Notes: generated from the sequence alone by a model not told the origin. A stretch of DNA of 64,000 nt from Spirochaetia bacterium (GCA_963666985.2 CAXXIA010000003.1:96001-160000), one strand, 5' to 3'. Counted from the stretch's first letter, positions 1 through 10,076 are shown. Translations and numbers: made by a program.

Positions 1-109
1 GTATCTTCTTAAAGCTTAATGCTTAAAACTTAGTGTTCCGATTCGCCGCTCTTTCGGCCCGGCGGTGAAATTCAATCTTCCGCATGATTTCCCTGCCGCT
101 TAGGCTATA

Positions 110-1724
110 ATGGGCCACATGGAAGCCGATCATCCCGAACTCCACGGTTTTTCCCTGCGTTACATGGACGGATGGGCCGTGCTCATCGTACCGCCGAAAT
201 CGGAACGTTCAAGACCTGTCTACGCCGACGACATCTCGGCGCGGATGAAAATACTGAATATTCCCTCCGTACCGGCCAAAATGATACGAAACATCATTGC
301 GGAGGGAACAGGCAAGCCCGTTCCTCTTGTGAAATGGGCCGCCGGAGCCTCCCTGAACGCCCGGATGACGGTTACCGTGGATGAAGACGGGATGAAAGCT
401 TATGCCGACGTAATTCCGGCAAAACCCGGCGGAGCTTCATTAAGTCCGAATACCGTTAAGGCCGCACTGGAGGACGCCGGAGTATCCAGAGGGCTGAAAA
501 GGGATTGCTATCGATAATATTCTCGCCTACCCCGTAGCCGCCGAGAATATTCTTATCGCCGAAGGGAAAGCCGCGAAGAACGGCCGGACGCGGCGGACAG
601 AATGCCGATTCGTAACCGAACGGGGTAAACCCTGGAAAGAAGCCCTCCGGCGGACGGATTGATTTGAAGGACCTTCATTTCATTCAGAACAGGAAAGCCG
701 GAGATCTTCTGGCCCGCATCGTACCCGCCGTTCCCTCCGAAGACGGATATAATGTCTTCGGAGAAGTGATTGAAGCCGAAGAACCCGTTCAGGAAATTCT
801 TTTGGAAGCCGGTGAGGGAGTTCGTGCGGACGAAGACGGATTGACGGCCGAAATCGACGGAAACGTCCTCATCATCGACGGAGCCGTATGCGTTGAGCCG
901 TCGGTAAACGTGAAAAACGTCGATTATTCAACGGGAAACATCGAATTCGACGGTTCGGTTTGCATCGAAGGGACCGTGGCCGACGGATTCACCGTCAAGG
1001 CCGAAGGAGAAATTCTTGTCGGGAAAACCGTCGGACGCGGACGTTTATCCGCCGGAAGAAACTTGGTGCTTCAGGCCGGAGTGGTGGGCGACGGTGAAGG
1101 ACACTGCGAGGCGGCGGCAGTCTGTACGCCAAATTCATTGAAAACGCAAAACCTCCGTCGCGGGAGACCTGATTGTAACCGAAGCCGTACTTCACTCCGA
1201 AAACGAAGTGGATGGAAACATGGTGCTCGACGAAGGCCGCGGAGAAATCGTCGGAGGCATCACCGTTCTCGGCGGAAACCTTACCTGTAAAAAAATCGGG
1301 GAATATTTACGCAGGACAAACCCGAATTTACATCGGCTGTCCGCCGGAAAAGCTCCGTTCGTATCATGAACTCGGCACGCGGCTTAAAGCGACCCGTGAA
1401 GAAACCGATGAACTGGAACGTCAGCTCGACTATCTCCGCTCGAAGAATGGAGCGAAAGAAGAAATCATGACTTTGGAGCGGGGAATCGGCGCGCGTTTGG
1501 AGGCATTGAAGGAACAAGCGGCGCGTCTGAAAGCGTTAAAGGAAAGTATTAAGGCGCCGGACGGAATCACCGTAACCGTTAAGGATCGAATCTATCCGGG
1601 AGCCGTTCTCTCATTCGGACTGGAAGAATACCCGTTGGGCGATAAGGGACTGGAACGGGCGGTTCTTCAGCGCAAAGGCGGACGAACCGTGATGCACGGA
1701 TATACGCCGGCAAAGGAAACATAA
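110..1724 (+). CDS. FapA/DUF342 family (flagellar assembly protein A-like) protein, split by several frameshifts
   Basis: Fragments 110-517, 664-1290 and 1212-1724 join into one DUF342-like protein (GRIDLKDLHFIQN..AGDLLARIVP, VDYSTGNIEFDGSV.IEGTVADGFTVKAEG, ITVKDRIYPG). Indels at about 506, 645, 1112, 1155 and 1300. Confidence 0.8.
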
Positions 1725-1823
1725 TAATCGAAACACATCAGAAGACAAAGGAGATTGGGCCCTACCACGATCGAAGAGATTCGATTCCAGGACGATTGTT
1801 CGAAATACAGCACCGCCGACAGC

Positions 1824-3972
1824 CTATTTTCGGTGCTTTATCTTCGTCGGTTCCCCAATGTACAAGAAGGTCCGTTTCGCAATGCTTGTTCCGTTCCAAA
1901 GTTTTTTCAAGAACGGCATAATCCAGTAATCCAGTCCGAAAGATTTGCCCGCGCCGCCCAGGAACGCTAAAGCCGCCGCCATATACCAGAAAATGGACGC
2001 ATCCGTCATCGCGCCGACAATGAGCATGATGCTGAAAACGAAGGATGCCGCCGCGGCCAGCCAGGTGAAAGCCCCGCCGATGAGCGCCAATCCGATAAGA
2101 ATCTCGAATACAACAATACCCGACTGAAAAAAGTGCGGAGCCAAGTTCACGGTATGCTGCGCCGCCCAGACATAAATGCCGAGGGGATTATCGAGGAGGG
2201 CACTCCCTCCGGAAACATGCCCGGCCGCTTCGACCGTCGCCGATGCCACCGCATCCGCGGCGTCCGCGACATGCGCGGCCGCAGAAGCAACCTGTGTTGC
2301 ACTTTCCGCGACGGCTTCGGATGCCGCGCTTACGGCATCGGCTCCACCATGGACGGCGCTCCGACGGCCTCCCAGCCACCCCCGACCACCGCATCCGCGG
2401 CGTCCGCGACATGCGCGGCCGCAGAAGCAACCTGTGTTGCACTTTCCGCGACGGCTTCGGATGCCGCGCTTACGGCATCGGCTCCACCATGGACGGCGGC
2501 TCCGACGGCCTGAGATGCCGCCGCGCTTCCCTCGGCGGCAACAGAAGCGCCGCTCACGGCATCGCCGCCCTGCGACCGGAACACTGACGAAATCATTCGC
2601 GCGATCCAGCCATCCGCCGAGCGCCTTCTTTATTCCTTGTATTAGCCACATCGTCCCGACATACATCCGCAGAGGCACAAGCCAATAGTTCGGAGTTTTC
2701 CAAGCGGCAAATCCCCCGATGAGGGACCGGTTGTTCCGGATATCAAGGATTTCATGCTTCAGATAGGCCCATACACCGTTCAGACCGACAACCCCGACTT
2801 GGTAGTAGAGATTAACCACGTGTTTCAGGGCCACGGCGAAGAATCCCGAGAGGGAGATGCCTCCGGTATGCGACACGGCGTATTTACTGCCGATGGAAAC
2901 CATGAAGCCGTGGTAGCGGCCCTTGTATTCGACTTCCCGGGCTTTTTTCCCGCGTCCCTCGGACTTTTCGAGAGCATCGATGATGTTGTGAGCGGCGGTT
3001 TCGGCGGTTTGCTCGGCCGCCTCAACAATCTGAGGATTCGGCCGTTCGTTCTCCAAAATCCAAACACCGTCTCCGGCAAGAAAGACGTTATCCCGTCCGG
3101 GGCTCCGCATGGTCCGATCCGCTTCCATGCGGCCGGCTTTGCCCGCCTTCAAATCCAGGCATCCCAGGAAAGAGCTGCCTTTCACTCCGCAAGTCCAAAC
3201 AAGAGTGGCCGCTTCCAGAGACGTTCCGTCTTTAAAATGGAACGCGCCTTCCTCGGCCTTGACGATCAGGGCATTCGTGCGGATCTCAACACCCTTTTTC
3301 TCCATATAGCGCGCGGCTTTCGCTCTCTGCTCCTCGGGAAGCATATCAAGGATATGTCCCAAAGCCTCGACGTTATAGATGGCCACCTCGTCTTCCGAAA
3401 GGTCGTATTTCCGGCATAAAGTCGGAAGGAACTCGATTAACTCACCCACCAGTTCCACACCGGTAAACCCGGCGCCTGCCACGGCAACGGTCATCAGTTT
3501 CCTGCGCTCGGCCGGATCGGGTTCCAATGAAGCCTCCTGAAATTTCGCTCAAGGGTCCCGCGAATCAAAGCGCGTCGTCAAGAGACCATAGGGATAACGT
3601 AAAATCCCGGATGCCCGGAATCCCGAAGTCGGCGGGTTCGCCGCCCGTCGATATAAGCACATAGTCGTAGGGATAGCGGCCGATGAATCCTTTAGCCTCG
3701 TTCGCCTCAAAATTCACACCGGTAATCTCGTCATGGATTACATTCACCCGAGTTCCTGAAAAAATTCGGTCATAGCTGATTTTCACCGAAGCCTGGGGCA
3801 CCCGGTCTCCGGCAATCTCATGAAGTTCGGTCATCAGAGTGTGGAACCGATTCTTGTCGACCAGCGTAATCTCCACATCCTTATCTTTCCGGTATTTTCG
3901 ATGGAGCGTTTTCGCCGCCTTGACGCCCGCATAACCTCCGCCAATAATCAGAATCCTTTTTCTCGGTGCCAT
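1824..3972 (-). CDS. ndh2: Type II NADH dehydrogenase with C-terminal membrane (DoxX-like) domain, Listeria EET Ndh2-like; frameshifted in this sequence
   Basis: N-terminal IIGGGYAG FAD motif (ORF 3565-4002, ATG at 3972) continues after indels near 3540-3565 into VAGAGFTGVELVGEL, LAGD and PQIVEAAEQ. It is followed by WLVPLRMYVGTMWLIQG and EILIGLALIGGAFTWLA..GAGKSFGLDYW membrane segments. Confidence 0.85.
2246..2511. repeat. Tandem duplication of about 125 bp (copies 2246-2370 and 2386-2511, period 140) inside ndh2
   Basis: The copies are identical except for one missing G (ggacggcgctcc vs ggacggcggctcc). They are separated by cccagccacccccga. Confidence 0.95.
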
Positions 3973-3998
3973 TGCTTTTTCCTTCGATTTTTTGTTTC

Positions 3999-4982
3999 TC
4001 ATCGATCACGATTTCCCAGTGTCGCCGCAAGATCCGCCAGAGCATCTTTCGCCGCACCATTCGGTAGCGCTTCGGTGCACATAATCGCGCGCCGTGTGTA
4101 ATCCTCGACATATGTCAGAGCCGCCGCCGCCCCGCCCACCTCAACAACGCGGCGGCGAATTTTCGCGGAACGCCTTTTCGACAAAGGTTTATCCAGAATC
4201 CCCTCGAATTTTTCAGGATTCCGCCGGACCGCCAAAATAAGCGGCAGGGTGGCGATGCCGTCACCCGAATCCTTGCCGACGGGTTTTCCCAAAGCCTCCG
4301 GACTCCCGCCGTAATCAAGGATGTCGTCGAGAATCTGAAATCCCATTCCCAGAGCGTAGCCGTAACTCCTCATCGCTCCGCAGACGGAGTCCGAACTTTC
4401 GCCGACCCGCGCCCCCGCATATGCGGCCATAAGAAAGAGCGACGCTGTTTTTCCGGCGGCCTTTCTCTTGTAGCTCCTTAATCCCGAACCTTTCGCGGGA
4501 ACGAGGATTAATTCGGATTCACAGAGTCTCCCGACGCCTGCAGAGAGAAGACGCGCCGATTCCGGAGAAGCAAAATCCGCGACAAGCCCAAAACAGCGTG
4601 TCAGTACGTAGTCTCCGGCCAATACCGCTTTCTTAACCCCGTGTGCCGTATGGAGAGTCGCAACACCTCGGCGCATGGGTGATGAATCGACGATATCATC
4701 GTGGATCAGGGAGGCCAAATGAAGAAGTTCAAGAGCGGAGGCCGCACGATAAGTCTTCTCGGCATCGAACTCGCCGAGCCTGGCTCCCAGTATAAGCAAG
4801 GTTGACCGAAGCATCTTTCCCGGGCTTTCCAGCAGAGAAGCCAGATCGCCGCCAAGTAGAGCCGGATCCGGGGATACGGTATTTTTAATCAGTCTGCGGA
4901 CCTCCGCGATATCATGTTCCAGATATGGATGCCGCAAGCGGAATTCGTCGATTGTATTGGAAGAAATCTTTTTAATAGTCAT
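3999..4982 (-). CDS. Polyprenyl (heptaprenyl) diphosphate synthase, DmkB/HepT-like
   Basis: GKMLR, LIHDDIVD..RRG, GKTASLF and FQILDDILD..GKPVGKD motifs. Confidence 0.92.
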   Translation of the reverse strand: MTIKKISSNTIDEFRLRHPYLEHDIAEVRRLIKNTVSPDPALLGGDLASLLESPGKMLRSTLLILGARLGEFDAEKTYRAASALELLHLASLIHDDIVDSSPMRRGVATLHTAHGVKKAVLAGDYVLTRCFGLVADFASPESARLLSAGVGRLCESELILVPAKGSGLRSYKRKAAGKTASLFLMAAYAGARVGESSDSVCGAMRSYGYALGMGFQILDDILDYGGSPEALGKPVGKDSGDGIATLPLILAVRRNPEKFEGILDKPLSKRRSAKIRRRVVEVGGAAAALTYVEDYTRRAIMCTEALPNGAAKDALADLAATLGNRDR

Positions 4983-5101
4983 CCGTTAATTCTCCGAATC
5001 GACCCCTCTTAATATTAGCGTTTTACTATTATTTTAACACATCGAAGGATGAAAATACCCAAAATATCGGCCGATTTCAAGAAATGTTTCGGTATCGAGG
5101 G

Positions 5102-6028
5102 TTAATCCGCAAAAAGCTGCCGGGTATAAACAATGCCGATAAGAAGCATTGAGGCCAGAGCGAGAGTGAATGCAAGGAAAATACGCGAAATCCCCTGCAT
5201 GGAAATCCCTTTGGTCTCATGAGAGAATCCATTGCGATGCATCACGGAAAATTCCCGAACCGCGAAGCCGAAGAACGGTATGATAACAGCGGGGCTCCAA
5301 ATCGGAACCGGACCGAAAAGACCCGGGATTAACGGAAAAAGGAACGCCACCGCCGCTTCGGAGGCCGCGATGGCTTCACCGATTCGGCGTCCGACCATCA
5401 CTGAAAGGGTTTTCCTTCCCGCGGCGCGATCGCCGACGATATCGCAGGTATTGTTCACCGTAAGAACGGACGCAATGGCGAATGAAGAAGGGAGTGAGGC
5501 CATGAACACCGCCGAGTCGGGCCGGCCCGCTTGAACGTACCAAATAATGAGGAAAAAGGCCGATCCCAAAGTACCGCCTGCGAAAAACTCGCCCAAGGGC
5601 GTTCCCGAAAGGGGATGCCGACCTCCGTTGTAGAAATAACCCACTGCCATACAGCCGGCGCCTGCCGCCGCAACGGGCCATCCCGACAGGAACGCAAGCG
5701 CCAAGCCCAAAGGCACGGCCATGGCGAAAAGGCCGATTGAAACGAGCAGGGCCCAACCCCAAGGAACCCCTTCATGGACAACGACCTTGGACGCTTCTCT
5801 GTTATATGCCGGATCGTCCACGCCTCTACGGAAATCGAAATACGTGTTGAACGCCGTTGTCCCCATATCCACCAGAAGGGCGGCGATCAGCAATAAAGCC
5901 GCACGAACCGGTTCAATTCCGCCGGTTCGAAGCACGACATACAGACTTCCCAGAACATACGTGGAAATCGAGACAATCTTCGTCCGAATCTCGACGACCG
6001 ATAGAAATTGTCTTAAAGTCATTGCCAA
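5102..6028 (-). CDS. menA: UbiA-family prenyltransferase, MenA/DmkA-like (DHNA polyprenyltransferase)
   Basis: VEIRTKIVS, NTYFDFRRGVD, PLSGTPLGE and NNTCDIVGDRAAGRKTL motifs; multiple TM helices. Confidence 0.85.
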   Translation of the reverse strand: MAMTLRQFLSVVEIRTKIVSISTYVLGSLYVVLRTGGIEPVRAALLLIAALLVDMGTTAFNTYFDFRRGVDDPAYNREASKVVVHEGVPWGWALLVSIGLFAMAVPLGLALAFLSGWPVAAAGAGCMAVGYFYNGGRHPLSGTPLGEFFAGGTLGSAFFLIIWYVQAGRPDSAVFMASLPSSFAIASVLTVNNTCDIVGDRAAGRKTLSVMVGRRIGEAIAASEAAVAFLFPLIPGLFGPVPIWSPAVIIPFFGFAVREFSVMHRNGFSHETKGISMQGISRIFLAFTLALASMLLIGIVYTRQLFAD

Positions 6029-6261
6029 AATCGCTTCACCTTTGCCCCTGCCGCTCTCCCATAAATTCCTTCCGGAAGCGGCGAGCGAAAAAAACGGCCA
6101 AATCGGAATAATCCTACTGAAATATGAAACACTTTCTCTTCTCTTGTAAAATGACCGGATTATCTATTACTATTTTAGTATTATTATATTTATGGTAATA
6201 TTTCAATCCGGCGTTGTTTCCCACAGAATTAGGAAGCGACGGACATAATGAGGAGATTACG

Positions 6262-7068
6262 ATGAAAAAACTGATTTTCGTTACACTGGTTCTGTTCGCG
6301 GCGGTTTCGGCATTCGCCGGAAATTGGACGGACGGATTATATTTCGCGCAAGACGACGCCTTCGGCCGAACCGGCTGGAAATCCAACGTTACATTGGAAG
6401 TCCGCAACGGACGCATCAGAAGCGCCGTCTGGAACGGAACGAAAATCAACGGCGGGATGGATAAAATATCGGCTTCCGAAGCCGGACGGTATCCGATGGT
6501 TCAGCAAGGCGGTGCCCGTGACGATTGGCACATCCAGGCGAAACGCGTACAGAACCACCTCCTGAAGACTCAGGATCCTACCCAGATTTCCTATTCCGAC
6601 GCAGAGGGTCATACCGACGCCATCTCGGGCGCCACCATCCACGTCAGAGAGTTCTTCATTCTGGCTCAGAAAGCCCTGGCCGCGGGACCTGTGGATCGCG
6701 GTCCATATCGGGACGGTTACTTCCAGGCGGAAGAGGCGGTTTTCTCGCAGCAGAGCGGCTGGAAATCCTTCGCCCAATTCACCGTGGTAAACGGCACCGT
6801 CGTCCAGGTAAACTGGAACGGTTTCCACAAAGACGGCGGAGAAAGCAAGAAAATCGTATCCCAAAACGGTGAATACGGGATGATGGCCAATGGCGGCGCT
6901 CAAGCCGAATGGCATGTCCAGGCAAACAATGTGGAAGAATATTATCTCCGTACCGGCGGCCGGCCGCCCAGATTCCCGGATAACTACCACACCGATGCGA
7001 TTTCCGGTGCCACGATTGGGGTTAAACCCCTTTACGCTCTGGCCGAACAAGCTCTTCGCCGGCGATAA
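6262..7068 (+). CDS. Secreted protein with two FMN-binding domains (PplA-like flavinylated protein)
   Basis: Signal peptide MKKLIF...AVSAFA-G. Two internal repeats, each with GWKS..NG....WNG..SK...G.Y.M...GA...WH.QA and ending in HTDAISGATI. RBS AGGAG lies before the ATG at 6262. Confidence 0.9.
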   Translation: MKKLIFVTLVLFAAVSAFAGNWTDGLYFAQDDAFGRTGWKSNVTLEVRNGRIRSAVWNGTKINGGMDKISASEAGRYPMVQQGGARDDWHIQAKRVQNHLLKTQDPTQISYSDAEGHTDAISGATIHVREFFILAQKALAAGPVDRGPYRDGYFQAEEAVFSQQSGWKSFAQFTVVNGTVVQVNWNGFHKDGGESKKIVSQNGEYGMMANGGAQAEWHVQANNVEEYYLRTGGRPPRFPDNYHTDAISGATIGVKPLYALAEQALRRR

Positions 7069-7100
7069 GGAGTACTATTCGATTCCAAGAATCTTCCATA

Positions 7101-8012
7101 TCAGCTCCGCGACGCATGTTCCCGCCCGATGAGCACTCCCGCGATAATAACCGCCAAGGCCGCAACGCTGACCGGCCGAATGGTTTCATGGAGCACCAGG
7201 GCTATCCATACCAGAGATAAAAAAGGCCCGATGTAAACCAAACCGGCAATCCTCGCGGGCCTCTCGGCGCGATGCAGGGCGGTGTTCCAAAGCAGAAACG
7301 TTATGCCCATCTCGAACAGGCCCACCCACACCGCGGCAATCCCGGAAATCGGTCCGGACGGAAACGGTGCGCCGCGCAGCAGCCAGAACGGCAGGAGTAC
7401 GACAGTCGCCGCGCTGAAACCGATGAAAAGCCTGAAAAGTCCGTCGATGGAGAGCCGAGTACCGGCAAGCCAATAAACGGCCCAAATCAGTCCGCTTCCC
7501 AGAGCCAAAAAAACGCCTGCCGAATCGAGTCCCTCAACGCCCTCCGGCCGATATGAAATCAGAACAATACCGGCCATTCCGAAAACCAGGGAAATCATCT
7601 CGCGAACCGTCGGCCTGCGCCCGGCCATCGGCGCCGCCAAAAGAGCCAGAAACACAGGCCATGTATAATTCAGCGGCTGGGCGGCCTGCGCCGGGAGACG
7701 ATCGTAAGCGGCAAAAAGAACCGCGTAATACAAAACGGGATTCAGCAGTCCGATCAGCGCGGAAAAAAGCACCGTTCGGGGTGCGGGGCGGGCCGCGGCA
7801 CCCGATGCTCCGGGGAGCCAAGATCCGGCCGTGAGTCTTCGGAGAACAAGAGCCGAACCGAGAGAGGCCCAGGAGACGAAACTCGCCAAGGCCACAAGAT
7901 CCATCGGCTCAAGTTCCCGCAGCGCCAGCTTGAACGCCGCGGCGACCGTGGACCACAAAGCCACGGCACCGGCCGCCGGAATCAAAGCGGACCTCTTATC
8001 CTCATCTCCCAT
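7101..8012 (-). CDS. DMT/EamA family transporter
   Basis: LWSTVAAAFKLAL, LNPVLYY..AYDRLPAQAAQPLNYTWP and GLFEMGITFLLW motifs; about 10 TM helices. Confidence 0.9.
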   Translation of the reverse strand: MGDEDKRSALIPAAGAVALWSTVAAAFKLALRELEPMDLVALASFVSWASLGSALVLRRLTAGSWLPGASGAAARPAPRTVLFSALIGLLNPVLYYAVLFAAYDRLPAQAAQPLNYTWPVFLALLAAPMAGRRPTVREMISLVFGMAGIVLISYRPEGVEGLDSAGVFLALGSGLIWAVYWLAGTRLSIDGLFRLFIGFSAATVVLLPFWLLRGAPFPSGPISGIAAVWVGLFEMGITFLLWNTALHRAERPARIAGLVYIGPFLSLVWIALVLHETIRPVSVAALAVIIAGVLIGREHASRS

Positions 8013-9015
8013 GCCGCGAATCGCCCTCTTCGCCATCCGGCTCCCCAAGCACAGCGGGCGCAGTGTCCTCACCCCCCGCAGACTTCACCGCCGGGCAGCC
8101 ATTATCGGCACCCGCGCCAAGAGCCTGTTCCACGGCACCCCCCGGCCCAATGGACAATCCACCCTCTTCGCCATCCGGCGCCGTTTCTTCCGCATCAGCC
8201 GGGCCAACGGAGAGGTCGACAGCCATTCGGTTCGGCACACCGACGGGCGGAAGATTTCCACCCAAAAAAGGTTCCGCCGCCGAAGCGCCCTCTTCCTCAT
8301 CCGGCGCCTTCAGATACTGAAGCTTTCGGAAAATCTTCTCCATGTGCCGCGCCTCGCGGACACTCAAGGATGCACGGGCCAGAATGTCCCGAAAATACCG
8401 GTCCGTGTGAAAACGGTCCGCACTTTTGAAATAATGCATCGCCTCAAGCGAGTCATGGATCACCGAAACCAAATGATCCACCTCTTCCCGTGCCACCGGT
8501 TCATATCCGCCGGTCTTCTCCCCCAGCGAACGGCGCCAAAAAGCGTAGGCCACCACCTGAACCGCATGGGAAAGATTCAGCGAAGGAAAATCGGGCGAAG
8601 AAGGAATATGACAAGCAACATTGCAGTGATTCAGCTCCTCATCGCTCAAACCCGTCCGCTCATTCCCGAACACCAGGGCAATCTCCCCCTCGGCAAGAGA
8701 AGCCGCCTTTTCGGCCAGCTCTTCGGGAAGCAGACTGAACCACTTGCGGCGCGCGCCCCGTCTCCGTGTAATCCCGGCCGAAAGCACCGTTCCCGCCAAA
8801 GCGTCTCCCAAACAATAGAACCGCTTGGCCCCGTCATAAATCTCACGGGCATGAATGGCCGCCTGATACACCTCGTCCTGATCGAACCACGTCGGCGAAA
8901 CCAGAACCAGCTGTGTCAGTCCCATGGACTTCATGGCCCGGCAGACCGCACCGACATTCCTCGCGCCCTCGGGCCGAGCCAGAACAACGCGAACCCGATC
9001 CAGCCGGCTATTCAT
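8002..9015 (-). CDS. trmJ: TrmJ/LasT family SPOUT RNA methyltransferase with acidic C-terminal tail
   Basis: RVVLARPEGARNVGAVCRAMKSMG, LVFGNERTGLSDEEL and SLNLSHAVQV motifs. Confidence 0.88.
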   Translation of the reverse strand: MNSRLDRVRVVLARPEGARNVGAVCRAMKSMGLTQLVLVSPTWFDQDEVYQAAIHAREIYDGAKRFYCLGDALAGTVLSAGITRRRGARRKWFSLLPEELAEKAASLAEGEIALVFGNERTGLSDEELNHCNVACHIPSSPDFPSLNLSHAVQVVAYAFWRRSLGEKTGGYEPVAREEVDHLVSVIHDSLEAMHYFKSADRFHTDRYFRDILARASLSVREARHMEKIFRKLQYLKAPDEEEGASAAEPFLGGNLPPVGVPNRMAVDLSVGPADAEETAPDGEEGGLSIGPGGAVEQALGAGADNGCPAVKSAGGEDTAPAVLGEPDGEEGDSRHGR

Positions 9016-9135
9016 TACGGCGTTTCTTCTTTACGGGTGATCCCCGAATCCGGCCCCGTACATCCCCATCCGGTTTTCGGAGTCTGCGTCTTCGGCCGAA
9101 TTCTCTTTTCCCGCGGCGCCTTCATCTTTCGCACC

Positions 9136-9975
9136 TTAACCCATCCCCGCATCGCCGAAATCGGGTTCCCGTCCCTCAAGCATGGCCTCCATCACTTGAG
9201 CGGCGCCGTCCTTATCGGCATGAGGCGCGATACGGTTCGCGGAGAAATGCGTTTTCAGAGCTTTGGGCGCACCCCCCATCACCCAGGCATCGCCCGCGGC
9301 TTTGAGCAGAGTCAAATCATTCCAGCCGTCGCCCATGGCAACCGCGGAAGACACGGGCAAACCGTGCAGGCGGCAAACTTCTTCGAGTCCCCTTCCCTTA
9401 TCCACGCCTCCGCCCATGAATTCCAGAAACGTGGTATCCGAATACGTGGCGCTGAGAAGATCCGAAGGAAATCGATCCACAAGAGCCTTTTCCACCGAAG
9501 CAAGATCCTCCGGTTCGGCCATGATAATCGTCTTGGTGAAGCCCAGCGTTTCCAGGGAATCGAAATCCACGATGGTTCCCCGCAAACCGGTCCGGATGTG
9601 GTATGCCTCAATCTTGGCTCCCACATGCTCATAGAGCAGTGCCGAATTCCGATAAGCCACCATTTCCAAACCCCGGGAGCGGGATTCCTCGATAACGGTT
9701 CTCGCGGCCGTTTCATCCATGTCTTTCTTAAAGAGAACACGACCCTCGGGCCCCTCGACAATGATGGCCCCGTTGTAGCAGACCGTCGGACCGTTAAGTC
9801 TCAATCTGTCGTAAAGGGGCTTTAAGGATTCCCAGCTTCGGCCGGTCGCCAAGCAAACCATGGTTCCGGCCGATTTCAGAGCGCCGATCGCGGAGGCAAC
9901 CCTGTCGGAAAGACTGTGATCGGAACGCAGAATAGTGCCGTCGATATCAAGAAACAAAGCATCGGGTCGATTCAT
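9136..9975 (-). CDS. Cof-type HAD-IIB hydrolase
   Basis: FLDIDGTIL, LATGR, VDKGRGL and MGDGWNDLTLL motifs. Confidence 0.92.
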   Translation of the reverse strand: MNRPDALFLDIDGTILRSDHSLSDRVASAIGALKSAGTMVCLATGRSWESLKPLYDRLRLNGPTVCYNGAIIVEGPEGRVLFKKDMDETAARTVIEESRSRGLEMVAYRNSALLYEHVGAKIEAYHIRTGLRGTIVDFDSLETLGFTKTIIMAEPEDLASVEKALVDRFPSDLLSATYSDTTFLEFMGGGVDKGRGLEEVCRLHGLPVSSAVAMGDGWNDLTLLKAAGDAWVMGGAPKALKTHFSANRIAPHADKDGAAQVMEAMLEGREPDFGDAGMG

Positions 9976-10076
9976 GAAACACAGTATAGAAAGGGACGCT
10001 CTCAGGGGGAAGCGGGCCCAAACCCGGCGTTTTTACAAATTATGAAATCGCCTTGCCTTAAAAAACTTACCGAGAA

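Noticed and set aside
2246..2511. Possible CRISPR or mobile-element repeat
   Set aside because: There are only two long copies, inside a coding region, with no spacer array or cas genes.
2358..2572. Arg/Cys-rich segment (RRCRERRFCC...) in the Ndh2 translation, suggestive of a metal-binding insert
   Set aside because: It is a wrong-frame read between two compensating indels. The second repeat copy shows the true Ala-rich frame.
6140..6210. TACTA-ttt-TAGTA near the FMN-binding gene as a second Rrf2 site
   Set aside because: The spacing differs from the 12-7-12 operator, and the region is AT-rich, so chance matches are likely.
7831..9825. 664-aa plus-strand ORF
   Set aside because: It is the antisense shadow of trmJ and the Cof hydrolase, with no recognisable motifs.
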